This document shows positions 60,200 to 64,000 of a stretch of DNA of 64,000 nucleotides, one piece after another. The translations under genes were made by a program, and so were the position numbers. A model generated the notes under the pieces. It was given only the letters and a program-made list of their open reading frames with translations. It did no database searches and was not told where the DNA came from. Origin of the DNA: Squalus acanthias (lineage: Eukaryota); NCBI GenBank assembly GCA_030390025.1, contig CM059431.1:141362001-141426000 (forward strand). The letters are read 5' to 3'. How positions within the stretch are numbered: the first letter of the stretch is position 1; the number at the start of each line of letters is the position of its first letter.

Positions 60200-63100
60200 C
60201 GAAGTGGGGTTCCGACGTGATGTTAACGGGCGACCGGAAATTTCAGTTGGTCTACCATGGGGCCGACAGCAAATCATGCTTATTGATATTGGCTCATCCG
60301 TTACCATCATCCATACCACACACCCTGAACGCCATGCTGCGGCGGGCAAGGGTTGCTTGACGCTACGACGCTTTGATGGGAGGTCAACTTCCGCTTTTAA
60401 GGAAGAAATGATAACTTTGCGCAGGAAAGCAGTTGATTTGACTGTTGATGACCCTGTCATGATGACAACTCCTGAAGGAATGGGCATATTGGGAAGCGAT
60501 GTTTCGGAAAGCTATGTAACAAGCATTGATTACAACCAGAGGTGTATTTAGATTGGAACAGGAGGTAGTGATTTGGTCGAAATATCGGATGCCCACTCTG
60601 TATTTACTATTAAGAAGGCTTGCTGGTACGAGGCACCAGATCACCCAGATGAGCGATTCAAATTATTAATTCAAACGCACTCACTCGCATTCGCCACTAG
60701 TAAGCATGACTGTGGCCGAATGGAGGGTGAGGAGACGATTAAGGGCCCGCCCCACTCCTTTGTTAAACAGTACCCAATTCCCAAAGAAAGTCATCCCTAT
60801 ATTAGAGATGTCATCGAGTCCCTCTTAAAGTATGGCATTCTGAGAACTGGCACTTTCACGACCAATTCACCAGTTTGCCCAGTTCGGAAGCCGGATGATA
60901 GCAGGAGGCTCACTATTGATTACCGAAGCCTTAACAAGGTTACGCCCAAGAGCGGCCCTATTGGTAGGGGTGCTCCAACCTTATTATCAGAACTGCTGAA
61001 AGACTCTAAATATTACATCACCCTAGACATTGCGAACGGCTTTTGGAGTATTCCCGTCAGAACAGAGGATCAATATAAATTTGCTTTCACCTTTGAAGAC
61101 CAGAGTTACACGTGGACGTGCCGACCCCAAGACTTCCACAACGCCCCAATCTTCCATACCAGAATGGTACAGATCCTGAAAACTTTTTCTAAGCCCCAGT
61201 GTCTGCTTCAGCCTAATCGAGGACTTGCTACTTGGCTACTAGTACAATCGAGGAGCACCTTGAACTGCTAGATGAACCTTTAACACTGTGAAGCAGTGCA
61301 GGCTTAAACATTAACCCTTGAAAAGCTCAGCTTTTGCAGGAACAGGTCACCTATTTGGGAGTGATAATCTCTCCGCCGGGTCTAAGTCCCGACGAACACA
61401 AGATATCGGTCATTCAACGACTCCTGCAACCTGTGTCCAGGACAGCGCTCCGATCATTTTTGGGAATCGTGGGAAACCAGCGTAATTTTATTCCTGGATT
61501 TGCAGAACTTGAAAAGCCCCTCTATGAACTGTTAAAAGGAAAAGAGGATCAAATCTCCTCCCTGTTGGGGTCAGATCACACCGCTGCAGATGAGAAATTG
61601 AAACAGGCTGTTATGCAGACAACCTGTTTGATGTCACCCGACCCAACACAGCTATTCCATCTCGAGGTCGCATCTCCCGACCATAGTCTGACTGCAGTCC
61701 AACGCCAAGAACGACGAGACAGGTTGCAACCGATTGCATATCCCTCACGGGTTTTGCAGGGGGTAGAAATGACTTATTCAGCGTGTGAGCGCCACCTACT
61801 GGCGACGTTCTGGGCCTCTCGACACATTACCTAGATTACGGGTTTACAGAGGATTATTTTACATTCCCCTCACAACACATTGAATCTCCTTATCAAACCA
61901 GGCGATTCTTTGATCTCATCCCAACGCATCAGTAAAGTGACTTTGGAACAATTACAAAGGGAAATTGATATAACATCCAAACAGACTACTCTTTTACCAC
62001 TGATGCTTGCGTAGGAGGGACACCCTCACAAGTGTCCACTACATCTAATAGACTTTGAGTCCCATCCTGTTTTGCGATCACCAATAGAAGGAGCCTCAGA
62101 AGTATACGTGGGTGTCTCCTCCTAACACATACAGGGCTCACCCCATACCGGTTGTGCTCTAGACCTACCCGAGAAGACTTTCAAGTTTAAAAGTAACAAA
62201 CAATCAAGCCAATATGCAGAGATTTTGGCCCTCCTCATTGCCGTTCAAGAAACTTCGAGCTACCGGCAAACATTTCGTCTGACAATGCCTATACCATTAC
62301 TGCCATGCTGTCCCTTGCCCTTTACCAGAAGAATTCCTCCTCCTCGTCAGATGGTAAACCCCTAATCCATGGGCCATGGCTACATCTCCTATGGCAGGAA
62401 TTGAAGGCACTACAGAATCCCTGTCACATTGGAAAGGTTAATGCCCATAAGAGAGACCAGTCCACTCGCACACTCGGAACAAGGCGGCACATGTAACTGC
62501 TAAAGAAGCTGAACTGGCCGGCGATTCCCTCCCTCTACAACTTGAGGAGGTAATCCCAGTTGCTGCAGTTAGCTCAGCTCTCGACCTGGCTTCCCTTCAG
62601 ACAGAGTATAGCCCTATCAAACGGTCATCAATTGGCATGACCAAGGTAAACCCTTACCGACAGCCAGCACATAGGCCTCCAAGACCCTCCTTACCACAAA
62701 TGTCTCAGATAGGTACCCGATTTTCTGTATTCTCCCAAACCTGGCAGACGAACTCTTGTTCCTATTTCACTCCCAAACTGTAGGAGGTCATTACTCAGTA
62801 GACATCACTTTCGGAAAGATTGCCTCCATGGCCTGGTTGCCTAATATGAAGGAAACTGTAAATTTATGTTTGACGAAGCGTATCTTGTTTGTAGCAGAAC
62901 CCCTCCCCTTGTTCCAACCGAGCCCTCCTTCGAAGTCAGACAGGCCCTGATGGGCCCTGGACTCATGTTCAAATTGGTTTTATTGGTCCCCTCCCCCTAT
63001 CGCAGGGCAATTGTAAATATGCCCTCGTCGTTAACGACCAGTTCACTAAATGGATCGAAGCCTTCCCCTCCCGATCCAACACTATGCTTACTGCGGCCAA

Positions 63101-63808
63101 GTTGTTATTGTGTGAGGTGTTCTGTAGGTGGGGACTGCCACTTCAAGTTGATAGCGATCAAGGCACCCACTTCACTGTTGAAGTATTTTCCAAATTACTG
63201 GATATTATGGGAATTAAGCATAAGCTACATACAGATCATCATCCCCAATCGTCCAGGATAGTAGAAGAGGGAATTGTACACTGAAATTCTTGTTAGAAAA
63301 AATGTGTACAGAACACCCCACTCAATGGGTCAACATGTTACCCATGTGTTTAATGGCAATTCAATCCACACTACCTAGGACCACGAGGATATCACCTTAC
63401 CAGGCAATGACTGGGAGGTTGATGAGGACTCCAGGCCATCTAAATTTGACTGGCACTACACCCCTCACGCAACAACCATGGAACCACTCGTGGTTGGAGC
63501 GCACAGTAGAGCCTATTAACGAAGTTAAATGACACCTGGCAAATAATTTAGGGAAATCGAAAAACCAAATCAAGAAATATTTTGCCCAGAAGTTGCGACC
63601 TTTCGAGTATCAGTTTGGTGAAAGAGTCATGTTAGAAAATTATGGGAAAAAGGAAAATGCGATTGACCCCAAGTGGAACGGACCCTACTCGATGGTGGAT
63701 AAATTGAATCCAGCCATGTATCTGGTTCAGTACCCTAAAGGGAGAGTGGAAAAGAGAAAAGTAACTAAATGGTACCATATCAAGCAGTTAAAGACGGTGA
63801 AAGAATAA
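60200..63808 (+). pseudogene. pol: Degenerate pro-pol: protease, RT, tether, RNase H, integrase with GPY module
   Basis: LIDIGSS; KQYPI..NSPVCPVRKPD..RLTIDYRSLN; LDIANGFWSIP; PQDFHN; QVTYLG; LRSFLG; PIAYPSR..YSACERHLLA; VYV.xSS/QYAEILA/KVNAH; DQFTKWIEAFP; DSDQGTHFT; HPQSSRIVE; KWNGPY. Many stops and frameshifts. Confidence 0.92.
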
Positions 63809-63842
63809 ATGCTTCATTCTTTATTCCTCCAAGTTGCCCAAA

Positions 63843-64000
63843 ATGGCAGGACTCAAACCCATAGTGGGACTTCTGATGATTGTTGGTATCGACCAGACTT
63901 CAAACGTTATCATCATCCAGAATGGAATAAAGATGCCAACCGACGATATGCCGCCATTAGAATGGGGAGCGGCTTCAGAAGACGGAAGCAATATGACCGT
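63843..64000 (+). CDS. Start of an env-like ORF (runs off the window)
   Basis: Pyrimidine tract plus AAG acceptor at 63811-63833, then AAAATGG. Reads MAGLKPIVGLLMIVGIDQTSNVIIIQNG..GSNMT, with a signal-peptide-like start and an N-x-T site. Confidence 0.55.
   Translation, partial: MAGLKPIVGLLMIVGIDQTSNVIIIQNGIKMPTDDMPPLEWGAASEDGSNMT

Overview
This is vertebrate genomic DNA, very probably a cartilaginous fish (shark), judged from an HE1-type V-SINE, Deu-domain (SacSINE1/AmnSINE1-like) SINEs, dense CR1 LINE debris and a shark-type NLR. There are four main components. (1) A + strand NACHT-LRR (NLR) gene at about 734-16397. Its FISNA-NACHT exon and three LRR exons are clean, but the N-terminal death-fold region looks broken by a doubly truncated CR1 plus a deletion. 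(2) Two MS4A/CD20-like tetraspan genes that the ORF track does not reveal. They lie head-to-head as an old inverted duplication (- strand 31065->21263; + strand 46018->55489), each with six coding exons and a homologous 5'UTR exon. Both have a frame-breaking exon 4. (3) A degenerate endogenous retrovirus from about 56.8 kb to the window end: LTR, coiled-coil gag, protease, RT, tether, RNase H, integrase and the start of an env-like ORF, with spuma/lokiretrovirus-like features. (4) Layered repeats: CR1 and other LINEs, three SINE families, AAT-target Harbinger-like non-autonomous elements, hairpin MITEs, five tandem arrays seeded from TE or retroviral sequence, and a palindrome with Penelope-type minimal hammerhead ribozyme motifs. 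All calls come from reading the sequence and recalled family motifs; no database searches were run.
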